A stretch of DNA of 63,811 nt, filler included, from Octopus bimaculoides (taxonomy: Eukaryota), in NCBI RefSeq assembly GCF_001194135.2. It is 6 parts of 4 records of this genome, joined end to end, with 100 filler letters (N's around TTAATTAATTAA, not from the genome) between each part and the next. Parts side by side here need not be neighbours in the genome. Positions count along the whole stretch, not along the records: positions 20,421 to 48,215 come from NC_068991.1; 5 more parts are not named here. The stretch is one strand, 5' to 3'. Shown here one piece after another: positions 26,036-37,800 of the stretch (its first letter is position 1; each line of letters opens with the position of its first letter). The translations under genes and the position numbers were made by a program. The notes beneath the pieces are model-generated. The model made no database searches. It was not told where the DNA came from and saw only the letters and a program-made list of their open reading frames with translations.

Positions 26036-26758
26036 ATTTTGATTTAGTCTAAAGTTACCCACCAGCAGATAAGTCATGTTTTCTTATTTTAATTTTATAA
26101 ACAATATTGACATCCGTCTTTTAGTAACTTTGTACACTAACACATGTTTTTACTATTATCTACTTATTCCATAATGTTTTAACCTTGTTTACTATAATAC
26201 TATTATATTTTTAGATTGTAACTCTTAATAATTATATTAATACTGTTAATGTAGGGATTAGTTTACAGATTTTGTCTCTTTATATATATTTTTATTTCTT
26301 ATGTTTATGTTTATTCCTTGAATGATTCTAGGTATTTTCTTACGGATTTGACCTGAAGAGTGATTGATTTTGGGAGTAAAATCATTTCCCCGTTCTAATG
26401 AACTCGGATAGAATTTGTTTATGATTTTATATAGTCCTATTTCAGCCATGAAACTCTAGTAGTCTATGTACTAGCACTAACTTTTTACATTTATACTTCC
26501 ATACTGTATATTATCGTATTAATTTTTGCTGTCCAATTTATAAATTTGACTTTTAAATTTTTAAATTAATATTTCTATGGTTTATTTATATGATTTATTT
26601 ATGTAATATGTTACTTAATTTAAATTTTTAGATTAAAATATTAAATATATTAAGATGGTATATGCCTCACAACATGGATTTGGACAGGTTCTGAGTTGTA
26701 GAGTCTCTAAATTAGTTATATACATTATATATATATATATATACATTATATATATATA

Positions 26759-26931
26759 TGATTGACCGTTGACTGACCACTATTCAATTTTTTTTCTCCG
26801 TGTTTTTCTCCTTGTCTCCGTATTCTTTCTGTTGAAGAGCGTAGCTCGAAACGTCAAAGACTTTCCGTATTCCCGAGCGTCATACTAATACATCCTTTTG
26901 TTGTTTACACCACCTGTCCTCGTCTGTTGTT
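26759..26931 (+). mobile_element. PLE pLTR-like segment
   Basis: Lies downstream of the GIY-YIG remnant in the same orientation; inverted twin at 24094-24266. Confidence 0.75.
26824..26860 (+). ncRNA. Minimal type I hammerhead-ribozyme-like motif with A6U core variant
   Basis: TCTTT-CTGTTGA-A-GAGC(GTA)GCTC-GAAAC-GTC-AAAGA: helix I TCTTT/AAAGA, helix II GAGC/GCTC, loopless palindromic ACGT helix III, GUC cleavage triplet. Confidence 0.6.
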
Positions 26932-26948
26932 ATTATTTGCATATTCTC

Positions 26949-27016
<68 letters not shown>

Positions 27017-27414
27017 GCGTACATACATGTACACACAAACGCACATGTTCTGACATGCTCACATACACATTCACACACACCCAGACACACACCAACCTCC
27101 AGTGCAGGTTTTGGCAACTTCGAATATCATTATTTCTTCTATCTTCTACCGGTTTCAACCATTAAACATGCTGAGATATGTTTCAGTCAAGGGAATCAAC
27201 ACTAGTACATTTTTTTTAATAAACTTAATACTTATTCAATCAGTCTCTTTTGTCAAACTACTAAGTTATGGGGAGGTAAATGCATCAACAACAGTTGACA
27301 AGCAGCCAGGGGGAACAAACACAAGCACAAACGTAAAGACATCCAAACATATTGATAGAAAAGGTAAGACAACAAAAGAAAGAAAGAGACCTCGATATTA
27401 TGTAAATAGAGGAA

Positions 27415-27628
27415 TTTATCTGTAAAAATATGTGACAATTATTCAGTAGCCATGATAAAACTCCAAGTTCCAGATGTCGGAGTGGAAACCCATGCTGCCA
27501 TCTCTTCATAGAATTTTTTGATGGCCAGATAACTGAAGAGATGGCAACATGGGTTTCCGCCCTGACATCTGGAACTCGGAGTTTTATCATGGATACCGAA
27601 TAATTGTCATATATTATTTACAGATAAA
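27415..27628. repeat. About 214-nt hairpin (arms 27415-27508 and 27534-27628) containing a hammerhead-like fold
   Basis: tttatctgtaaa...ccatgataaaactccaagttccagatgtc...catctcttca versus tgaagagatg...gacatctggaactcggagttttatcatgg...tttacagataaa; 25-nt loop. Confidence 0.9.
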
Positions 27629-27659
27629 CACACACATATGTATATATATATATATATAT

Positions 27660-27825
27660 ATGACAGGCTTCTTTCAGTTTCTGCTGAACAAATCCACTCA
27701 TAAGACTTTGGTCAGCATGAGCTTATCGTAGAAGACACTTGCCCAAAGTACCACACACTGGATAGGACTGAACCCACGACCAAATTGTTGAGAAGCAAAC
27801 TTCTTACCACACAGCCATGCCTGTT
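27660..27825 (-). mobile_element. SINE family B (5' portion)
   Basis: ttctttcagtttctg...aaatccactca...gaagacacttgcccaaag...ttcttaccacacagcca. Confidence 0.8.
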
Positions 27826-28877
27826 TATATAATCCGTAAAAGATATCTAACTGTCATTCTTATTTCCAAATCGAAATCTCAATCAATTTACTTAACTTCC
27901 AATTTATTACACTGAAGCCATAGTTTACCAACTCGAATAGCTTGTATATTTATAACCGTTATCTCATTTCTGGCATTAAGCTACATCTGGTTCAACTGTA
28001 ATCCTTTTTCTTCGAATTTTCTACTCCATTTGGCTTTGTTTCATATATTTTATTTGTTTCTTCCAGTCTTAGATTTGCGTGTAGATATTACCATTCTAAT
28101 TCACTCATTCAATGTCTAAATCTATCTTAATCTTACAGCTTTCATTCAGTCGATCGTTCTAAGGGTTCTTTAACTGAATTGCTGCATTGTATTTAGTATG
28201 TTCTGTAAATAATGTTAACCTATGTGTTATCAAGTGTAGAGAATTTCAAATTAACCATATACCAAATACAGCTTATAGCTATTCCATCTCAATTACATTG
28301 TTATATTCTCAGACTCTGCTTATAAACAAATATAGTACTAGTTCTTGTTGTTGGCGGTGGTGGTAGTGGTGGTGGTGGATCATAGGACAGTTCTGATAGA
28401 TCTGCTCTGTGATCAAAGGCATTCCAGCCATGACCAAACATTTTTGTTTTCTTTTTTTGCAGACTTATTGTGGAACAGAAGTATTTTTGACTTCTATTTT
28501 TAGCAATGTAGGTGTTCATGTGGTACATTCGTGTGTATATATATATATATGTATATTTTATTAATTTACCTGTACGACTGATAAATTCGCTTGCCACACA
28601 TGATGGTATTTCAATAATACTATCCCTTTCTTACACACACTCACACACTTCTATATATATCTGATGCCATATTAAAAGTGCAAGTACTGCTGCCTCATAA
28701 AAAGCACTCAGTACTCTCTCTCTCTCTAACGTGGTTGATAAAACGAAGAGCTTGTAGCTGTAGAAACCTTACCAACACAGACAGTAGAACCTAGTGAGGT
28801 TCCTGGCTTTGCTTGCTCTTGTCAATCTATCCAACCCATGACAAGATGCAAAACATGTTAAATGATAATGTATATAT

Positions 28878-29117
28878 GTGCAGGAGTGGCTGTATGGTAA
28901 GTAGCTTGCTTACCAACCACATTGTTCTCTGTTCAGTCCCACTGCGTGGCACCTTGGGCAAGTGTCTTCTACTATAGCCTCGGGCCAACCAAAGCCTTGT
29001 GAGTCTATTTGGTAAACGGAAACTGAAAGAAGCTCGTCGTATATATGTGTGTGTGTTTGTGTGTCTGTGTTTGTTCCTCTAGCATTGCTTGACAACCGAT
29101 GCTGGTGTGTTTATGTC
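28878..29117 (+). mobile_element. SINE family B, truncated by a gap
   Basis: gtgcaggagtggctgtatggtaagtagc...gcctcgggccaaccaaagccttgtgag. Confidence 0.9.
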
Positions 29118-29688
29118 NNNNNNNNNNNNNNNNNNNNNNNNNNNNNNNNNNNNNNNNNNNNNNNNNNNNNNNNNNNNNNNNNNNNNNNNNNNNNNNNNNN
29201 NNNNNNNNNNNNNNNNNNNNNNNNNNNNNNNNNNNNNNNNNNNNNNNNNNNNNNNNNNNNNNNNNNNNNNNNNNNNNNNNNNNNNNNNNNNNNNNNNNNN
29301 NNNNNNNNNNNNNNNNNNNNNNNNNNNNNNNNNNNNNNNNNNNNNNNNNNNNNNNNNNNNNNNNNNNNNNNNNNNNNNNNNNNNNNNNNNNNNNNNNNNN
29401 NNNNNNNNNNNNNNNNNNNNNNNNNNNNNNNNNNNNNNNNNNNNNNNNNNNNNNNNNNNNNNNNNNNNNNNNNNNNNNNNNNNNNNNNNNNNNNNNNNNN
29501 NNNNNNNNNNNNNNNNNNNNNNNNNNNNNNNNNNNNNNNNNNNNNNNNNNNNNNNNNNNNNNNNNNNNNNNNNNNNNNNNNNNNNNNNNNNNNNNNNNNN
29601 NNNNNNNNNNNNNNNNNNNNNNNNNNNNNNNNNNNNNNNNNNNNNNNNNNNNNNNNNNNNNNNNNNNNNNNNNNNNNNNNNNNNNAAC

Positions 29689-29719
<31 letters not shown>

Positions 29720-29732
29720 CATACAAAAAAAA

Positions 29733-29770
<38 letters not shown>

Positions 29771-30134
29771 TACTCAATTGGTTTCCCCACATGAAACTCT
29801 AACTTTGCAAAGTTTGTGTTTCACAAAAACAACCCAACCTACTATTACTCTTGTTAGTCTTTCAGCTAAACCAGAGTGGATGGTGTTACTCCCAACAGCT
29901 GACAGCTCAGTGTGTGGCTGGCAACAGCTGTACATTTCCAAGGAAGTTTCCAAGCCCAGACACTTTCTAGAATTTTTCATTTGTTGCACTTAACATGTTT
30001 GTGACAAAAAAAACATTGGATTTTAAATATAAAATGTTTAACTGTGTGTGCATTAATATGCACACACACACACACACACATGCACAGACAGATAGATAGA
30101 TAATTACTAGTTTTGTACAAAATGTGTATAAATG

Positions 30135-30165
<31 letters not shown>

Positions 30166-30658
30166 GCGTATATGTTTGTGTGTCTGTNNNNNNNNNNGGT
30201 AGGTATATATGATATAAAAAATATGGGCTGCCATGTGAGTGAAATTCAAGTACTGAATAAAACACATATACATACGCATATACCACATGTACATACATAC
30301 ATACATACAAATACATCTGATATATAACGATATGAGGTGACAGGAGGAAAAAAATAAGTAGAAAATAATACAACGAATTTATGACATAAAAGACAAGCAA
30401 ACAATAAAAGAAAACAAGAAGAAAAATCGATAAAACACCAAAATAATAATAACCCATTTCATTCGAATATAAAATGAAAAAACAAAAAGAATTGTGGATA
30501 TGGGGTTGGGAAGAACCTTAAAGAACAACCTTGAACTTTTTATAGAATATACAGATTGTAAATCTTATTTGTGTATATTTTATATCTGAGAGTGAAAGTA
30601 TGACAGAATAGTGAAGAGGATTGTGTGATTGTACTCTTTACATATTTGATTTTTGTGT

Positions 30659-30690
<32 letters not shown>

Positions 30691-30854
30691 TATATATATG
30701 CATTAAATGTATATCTGAATTTGATAAATAGATAAATAAATAAATATTAACTCTACTTGTTTTGATGTATTGCGGTTTATTCTTTCCTTGATAAGAGCTA
30801 ACTAGCAACCCAACTACCTCTTCAAATTTCTCTCTCTCTTTCTCTGTGTGTGTA

Positions 30855-30901
<47 letters not shown>

Positions 30902-30939
30902 GTATCAAGTGGTGTACAGATATTGTATACTGAGAAAAA

Positions 30940-31113
30940 GGAGGCAGTCAGAATTTTGGATAATTCTTTATTAGCGCTTTTGTTCGATGACTGAACTCTT
31001 CAAGACACAAATTAAGACCAAAATGTGGCTTTCATTTTTGCTTTGAAGTGTTCGGTTAAAGTAAAACCAACGAAAACGCTAATAAAGAATTATTCAAAAT
31101 TCTGACTGTCTCC
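30940..31113. repeat. Inverted repeat, about 41-bp arms (30940-30981, 31073-31113), pLTR-like
   Basis: ggaggcagtcagaattttggataattctttattagcgctttt versus aaaacgctaataaagaattattcaaaattctgactgtctcc. Confidence 0.85.
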
Positions 31114-31384
31114 TTCTTCTATACCCGGTACCCTCTATAATTTGGTTGGGATTACTAAAGATATTCAACCATGCCAAAGCAGACAGTAGTGTCTGGTGTA
31201 GACCTCTGGCTTACCAGTTTCCATCAAACCATCCTACCTATACCAGCATAGAAGACAGACATTAAATGATGATGTGGTGGGGTGCATATGGTTCATTTGT
31301 ACCACACCTATTACTTTATTGTATCATAATGTGTCAACTCCAGTACATGCTTTTAAAGACTTGTACGTATTTTATTTGTCCCTT

Positions 31385-31654
31385 TTTTTCCAAACTGCTA
31401 AGTTACAGGGATGTAAACACACCAACACCAGGTTGGTGGGGGACAAACACTGACACAGTGGCATACACATGCAAATATATATATATTACACACAATAGGC
31501 TTCTTTCAGTTCCCGGCTACCAAATCCACTCACAAAAGTTTGGTCAGCCCTGAGGCTATAGAAGAAGACATTTGCTCGAGGTGCCATGCAGTGGGACTGA
31601 ACCCAGAGCCATGTGGTTGAGAAGCAAGCTTCTTACCATACAACCACTCCTGTA
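31385..31654 (-). mobile_element. SINE family B
   Basis: Reverse of the family B consensus seen at 37801. Confidence 0.85.
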
Positions 31655-32509
31655 TTATGTATATTTCTCTATAATTAATTTACATGATATTCATATAATG
31701 TATATTTATACATTAGGAACCAAATTAACTTGATGCCAAATCTGAAATTTATGTCAGTGTTTTTGTGTTCCATTATTTACCCTCAAATTTATGGCTATTC
31801 TCTTTTTGGGGAGGGGTGGACTTTAATGAAATAGTATTTGCTTATTTTCATACTAATTACATAGCTATATAGCCTTATGAATTATGTCTCAAAACATGAT
31901 ATATTTTAAAGCCAATTTCTAAATCTTTTCACGAATAGTTGGCTGCATTAGATATAAAAATCATTAAAAGATTTTCCCAATATTTCTCCAGACATTACAT
32001 ATCTAACAAGAGATTTGTTTCAATTTATTTTATTTTAATATATACATATAAATAATTTCATGAATGATTTTCTGAAAATTTGATTTTGGCAACAATTAAT
32101 TAGTGTTATAAATTATATCCAGTTCGCTTCGAGTTATGTTTCTTTGCCTTAGAATTTTGCTGTAATCATTCTTCATTAGTATAATTAAAACATTTTTATA
32201 TATGTATATCATAGGATTTTATGTATTAAATCTAAATATATCTCATTTTAGTTTAGATCTATGTTCTTTTTGGCGATGTATTTACTGTTTAAAAAAGTTA
32301 CTTTCATATCAAAAATTTTTCTTATCTTCAACCAATAAAAAACAGTGTTTACTTTTAATATTTTTCAAAGTCTTAATTAATGATTTTCCCTAACTGCTCT
32401 ATATTTATAGTCATGATCATTCTATAGGTATATATCAGGAATTCAGCACAGACATATATGAAGAATTCAAATATCATTATTTTTGCAAATAGAATAAACA
32501 TATAGGTAC

Positions 32510-33180
32510 CTTTTTTTAACTTTTTACTTGTTTCAGTCATTAGATTGTGGCCAAGCTGGGGCACTGCACGAAACGGCAGACGAAATACCGCTAAGCATTT
32601 CACCCTGCGCGCTAACATTTCTGCCAGCTCACTGTCTATCAAATCCATTCACAAGAATTTTGTTCAGCCCGAGGCTATAGTAGAAGACACTTGCCCTGCT
32701 ATGCAGTGGGATGGAACCAGAAACCATGTGATTAGAAAACAAGCTTCTTCCTACACAGCCACACCTACACACACACACACACACATATGATGAGTTTCTT
32801 TCAGTTTCTTATTTCTCTATTGCCCACAAGGGGCTACACACAGAGGGGACAAACAAGGACAGACAAAAGGTTTAAGTCGATTACAATGACCCCAGTGCAT
32901 AACTGGTACTTAATTTATCAACCCTGAAAGATTGAAAGGCAAAGTCGACCTTGGCAGAATTTGAACTCAGAACATAACAGCAGACAAAATACCGCTAAGC
33001 ATTTCACCCGGTGTGCTAACGTTTCTGCCAGCTCACTGCTTTCAGTGTCTGTTGACCAAATCCACAAGGCTTTGGTCATCCTGCAATGATAGAAGAAGAG
33101 ACTTGCCTGAGAGGTCACACAGCAAAATTGAACCCAAAAGCATGTGATTGAAAAGCAAACTTCCCAACCACCTCCAGCTG
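32510..33180 (-). mobile_element. Cluster of adjacent SINE family A and B pieces
   Basis: Family B tail and head pieces at 32510-32765 and 33050-33180; family A at 32810-33035. Confidence 0.8.
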
Positions 33181-33546
33181 CAGCACTATTTTCTTCTTTT
33201 TCATAATTATCATTCACTTTTCCTTCAAAACTCTAAGTTTAATTTGAATTTAAAGTGTGCCACTTAAGTTACATGAAAATATGCTACCAACATCTCCCAT
33301 TATATATTATTTGAAAAAATCCAGCAGTTACACTTGCTTCTGTTATGAATGGATCAAAGTGTTTGTATCTATTGATTGGTGGTGGTTTTGTCAGCTAATT
33401 TCAATAATCTTTATTGAAATGTGTAATAACAACATTTGCTGTTAATGAGGGTTTGATACAGAGCCTGAGATGGATGATTCATCCATCTAGCAAATATTAA
33501 AATGAAGGTGTATATGTACAAATATATACACACATATATATTCACG

Positions 33547-33599
<53 letters not shown>

Positions 33600-33771
33600 C
33601 TGTGTGTGTGTGTGTTCAGATATGTACATGGTTATATATTTAGTCTGCTATTCATTGCTAAAGCATTTGAAAACCTGTTGAACAACAATCCTAGATGTAT
33701 TAATGTATGTATGTATGTATGTATCTATCTATCTGTTTATATATGTATATATATATATGTATATGTATATA

Positions 33772-33838
<67 letters not shown>

Positions 33839-33848
33839 NNNNNNNNNN

Positions 33849-33887
<39 letters not shown>

Positions 33888-33909
33888 GTATATACATAGA
33901 TATACATTA

Positions 33910-33940
<31 letters not shown>

Positions 33941-34524
33941 CACACACACATATATATGCATATATATGTACACACTGACACATTATATAAAATCATATTT
34001 TCATACATATATTAATGTGTGTGTGTGTGTACATGTGCAATGCAATAAATTGTCAGAGCATTAAAACATTATGGAAGGAATCACAGTATTTGCTTTCATT
34101 CAAAGGCCATATGTTTCATGTTTTGCTTTCTTCAAATTCATTAATAAAGTGCAAATTTTTCTCTTTGTTATGAAAACTTAACTAAACACACACACACACA
34201 CACTCATGCATATGCTTTCACCAGCTCTCAACTTTCTTATGAAGATATTAGATGTTCATCAGTTCAAGAAAACACATATTAAAATATAAGTAATAATTGT
34301 TAATATCAAATGTAATTAAATTAAATTAAATTCATTAATGGTTGAACTAGATATTGAATGGTGAACACCTGTTTGATGTTATGCAATGGTATATAAGGAA
34401 TAGAACAATATGTTACTGTTATTAATCCTCTTTCATGTCATCTTCCGTAGATCCACGTATATCGTAATTTGTTTTGTTTAAGTGTAAATGCACACACACA
34501 CACACATACACGTATGTGTGTGTG

Positions 34525-35226
34525 TGTGGCTGTATGATAAGCAGTTTGCTTTCTAACCACATGGTTCTGGGTTCAGTCCCACTGTGTGGCACCTTGGGCA
34601 AGTGTCTTCTATCTATAGCCTCAGGATGACTGAATCCTTGTGAGTGGATAGCTTACAGTTGTTTCTGGTATAAGAAGCTTGCACTGAGAGCTGAGTGTTC
34701 ATGGCTCTGAAGAAGTTATGATATGTTGTGTAAGCACTCAGCTCTGAATGCAAGCTTCTTATGGTAGAAACAGCTGTCTTCCATTAATTGAGATATCACC
34801 TGGAGTATATATATATATATATATATGTATATGTGTATATAAGTGCAGGAGCAGTCGTGTGGTAAGCAGTTTGCTTACCAACCACATGGTTCTGGGTTCA
34901 GTCCCACTGTGTGGCACCTTGGGCAAGTGTCTTCTACTATAGCCTCGGGCCGACCAAAGCCTTGTGAGTAGATTTGGTGGACGGAAACTGAAAGAAGCCC
35001 GTCATATGTATGTGTGTGTGAGTGTGTGTTTGTGCCCCCCACCATCACTTGACAACCAATGTTGGTGTGTTTAATACTCCCATGATTTAGTGGTTCGACT
35101 AAAGAGACTGATAGAATAAGTACTAGGCTTACAAAGAATAAGTCCTGGGGTCGATATGTTCAACTAAAGGTGGTGCTCCAACGTGGCCACAGTCAAATGA
35201 CTGAAAATAAGTAAAAGCATAAAAGC
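34525..35226 (+). mobile_element. SINE family B head (34525-34640) plus a near full-length copy (34843-35226)
   Basis: gggttcagtcccactgtgtggcaccttgggcaagtgtcttct occurs twice. Confidence 0.9.
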
Positions 35227-35349
35227 ATATATATATATATAAACCTGGTAAATAATAAAATGTGAAAATCAGACTAAGTTGGAATTACCTTGAGTAATAT
35301 ATTCTTCTATACACAATCATACAAACTCCGATATCTATCAATCTATATA

Positions 35350-35386
<37 letters not shown>

Positions 35387-35473
35387 ACATATATATAAAG
35401 GGAGATAGAGAGCTGAGAGAGAGAGACGTGTGTGTTATTTCTGTTATTTATGTATGTTTCTATTATTTTGCAG

Positions 35474-35576
35474 GGAATCTTTTTGGAATAAAAATGGTAC
35501 CTATAGGAGGAATTCAAACATTTTTAATATTCTTGGATACTTTTAACGTAGCAAATGGAATCTCAAACAGCAATCG
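35474..35576 (+). CDS. Candidate 103-nt exon of an unidentified host gene
   Basis: T-rich tract ...tttctattattttgcag| acceptor and aatcg|gtaagt consensus donor; only one frame is open: (G)NLFGIKMVPIGGIQTFLIFLDTFNVANGISNSN(R). No homology recognised. Confidence 0.35.
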
Positions 35577-36611
35577 GTAAGTAGAAATAAACCATTCCTC
35601 ATCTTTCTCAGCATCGCCATCATCATCACCATCATCATCATCATCATCATCATCACTGACATCACTTGTACAACCAATCACCACTACGCATTGCTAACAA
35701 GTTAATATAAGCGTCTTTATATGGTCAGTAAATTTACTAGAAATAGCAGTAAAATTACGTTCAGATCAGTCTTCCACTGTCTTAGAAAGGGACCCATGGA
35801 TTATATGTTCCTGAGTTTCTTATACATTGGAAATATACAGAATGGGCACAGCTAGAATACCCTTAATTATTGTTGATGTTTAGCTCCACTTCTTTTGAGA
35901 AAAGTTCTGCTCAAAGGCATTTTGGCTATCAACATCCTGTCTTTTAAGACCTGTCTAAAATTAGACTATCCAATATGTTCTCCCTTCCTCACTATTTTTC
36001 ATTTGAGGGAGATTTGGCTGCTATCACTAATTAGATGACCCACCACAAAGAATCTTTCCTGTTGCCTTGAGAATATGTAATTAGTATGAGCATATAGAAC
36101 ATGTGGTTAATGTGAGCATATTGTCTAATGTTAGGATACAGATGTGATGATTAATGTTAGAATTTAAAACTGGTGATTTGTGTTAGGATATGCCCAGTGC
36201 TGTTTGAAGCATGAACACGCTGGGCAGTTGACCAGGGTTCACATGGGTTTAGGGGGCCCGACTCTAATCTAAGTATGTAGGTGGCTTGTTGCCAATGACT
36301 TAATACTATTAGGGCCTCATGCATTGGTTTACCCATGATGCTGTGAAGACAGCTCTGAATATGCTTAGTAAGATTTTGTGGTTTCATTTCATCATACTTT
36401 GCCAGATCATTAAAACCAAGATTTGTTGTTGATGTTAATATAAACCTGATGTAAGTCAACAGATAAAACTGTAGTTTCTGTCTCATTTCGCGATCTGTTT
36501 TTACGTTTTCTCACTATCTTTCTTTTTCACTCTCTCTCTATATATATATCTCTTAATATCTATCACTTTTACTTCCCCTCTTTCATAACCTTTTTTTTCT
36601 CTTTTTCACAC

Positions 36612-36835
36612 ATCAAAAAAACAGCATTGTATTTATCACATTTGGGAACATTTTGTTTCACACTCAAATCAAAAAACCGACATAGCTTCCATGACTTTCG
36701 GAAACATTTTGTTTCACATACAAATCAAAAAAACGACATAGCTTCCACGACTTTTGGAAACATTTTGTTTCACATTCAAATCAAAAAAATAATACAGCTT
36801 CCATGATTTTCAGAAACATTTTTTTTCACACTCAG
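36612..36835. repeat. 56-bp minisatellite, about four units
   Basis: aaatcaaaaaa at 36666, 36722 and 36778; unit aaaaaaccgacatagcttccatgactttcggaaacattttgtttcacactcaaatc. Confidence 0.9.
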
Positions 36836-36945
36836 ACTCGCTGAAACATGGAATAAACTACCCACAGCAGTTGTTAGCTGTCAGGACATGGCATCCTTCA
36901 AAACCTCCATGCTTCCTGCAATTCACCAGTACTACACCTCATGTG
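36810..36945 (+). mobile_element. CR1/L2-like LINE ORF2 C-terminal fragment
   Basis: FFTLRLAETWNKLPTAVVSCQDMASFKTSML matches the F-F-x-x-R-x-x-x-x-W-N-x-L-P-x-x-V-V...S-F-K motif. Confidence 0.8.
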
Positions 36946-37579
36946 CCTTTGCTCTCACTTTGGTTTTTTCTGTAATTCAATTTTCTGTTTTTTGCTCTGT
37001 GTTTTATTCTATGCACTGTGCTTGGCCTTTGGATTTTATCACTGTCTTTTTTTTCTTGGTTTATGGCTGCTTTCTCTCTTCTTTTTACTCTTTTCCATCG
37101 AGTTGTAGTGCACTTGAATACAATATGCAACAAGCACATTTTTATTAATGCATTTTTTTTTACCTCAAGATAGCTCCTTTAACTCGGCCACTTTTCTGCT
37201 TTGATACTGAGCTGCAGCTACTAGCTTAAAATTTCAAGCATCCTCCTCCTCCTCCTCCTCCTCCTCGCCTTTTACATTTTTTTTTTTATTCAAGTCAGTC
37301 TAATCAAGTGTCCTTCATAGTGTCTTAGCTGTTCTCAATAAACAACCTCTTTGCAGACTTCATCATGATTATTGTTGTTGTCGTTGTTGCTATTATTATT
37401 ATTATTATTTTGCTGTTGATCTTACTATTATTATTATTACAATTTTTTCTCTCTCTCTCTCTCCCTCCCACAAATTCTCTCTTTCTTTCTCTCATACAAT
37501 ATCTTTCTTTTCCTCACTGTATTGGACACTATGGTAGTGTTAGAAAAATCAGTTGTTGTAGTTGCTTAGTTACCTTCTA

Positions 37580-37794
37580 GGTGAGGTTACCTTTTCAAGT
37601 TATACCAACTCATAAGGGCTGGTTTCCCAGTTTGCATGGTGTATATATTCCCCACCTGGAGGGGACACTGGTCTGTCATAAGATTACTCATTTTTGTCAG
37701 CTGAGTGGACTGGAGCAACATGAATTGAAATGTTTTGCTCAAGAACACAATGCGTCACCCAGTCCAGGAATTGAAACCACAATCTTATGATCAT
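37580..37794 (-). mobile_element. SINE family C
   Basis: actcatttttgtcagctgagtggactggagcaacatgaa...gctcaagaacacaatgcgtc...ccaggaattgaaacc. Confidence 0.8.
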
Positions 37795-37800
37795 CTTATA

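Noticed and set aside
36612-36835. CRISPR-like periodicity
   Set aside because: The units are contiguous with no unique spacers, there are no cas genes, and the context is eukaryotic.
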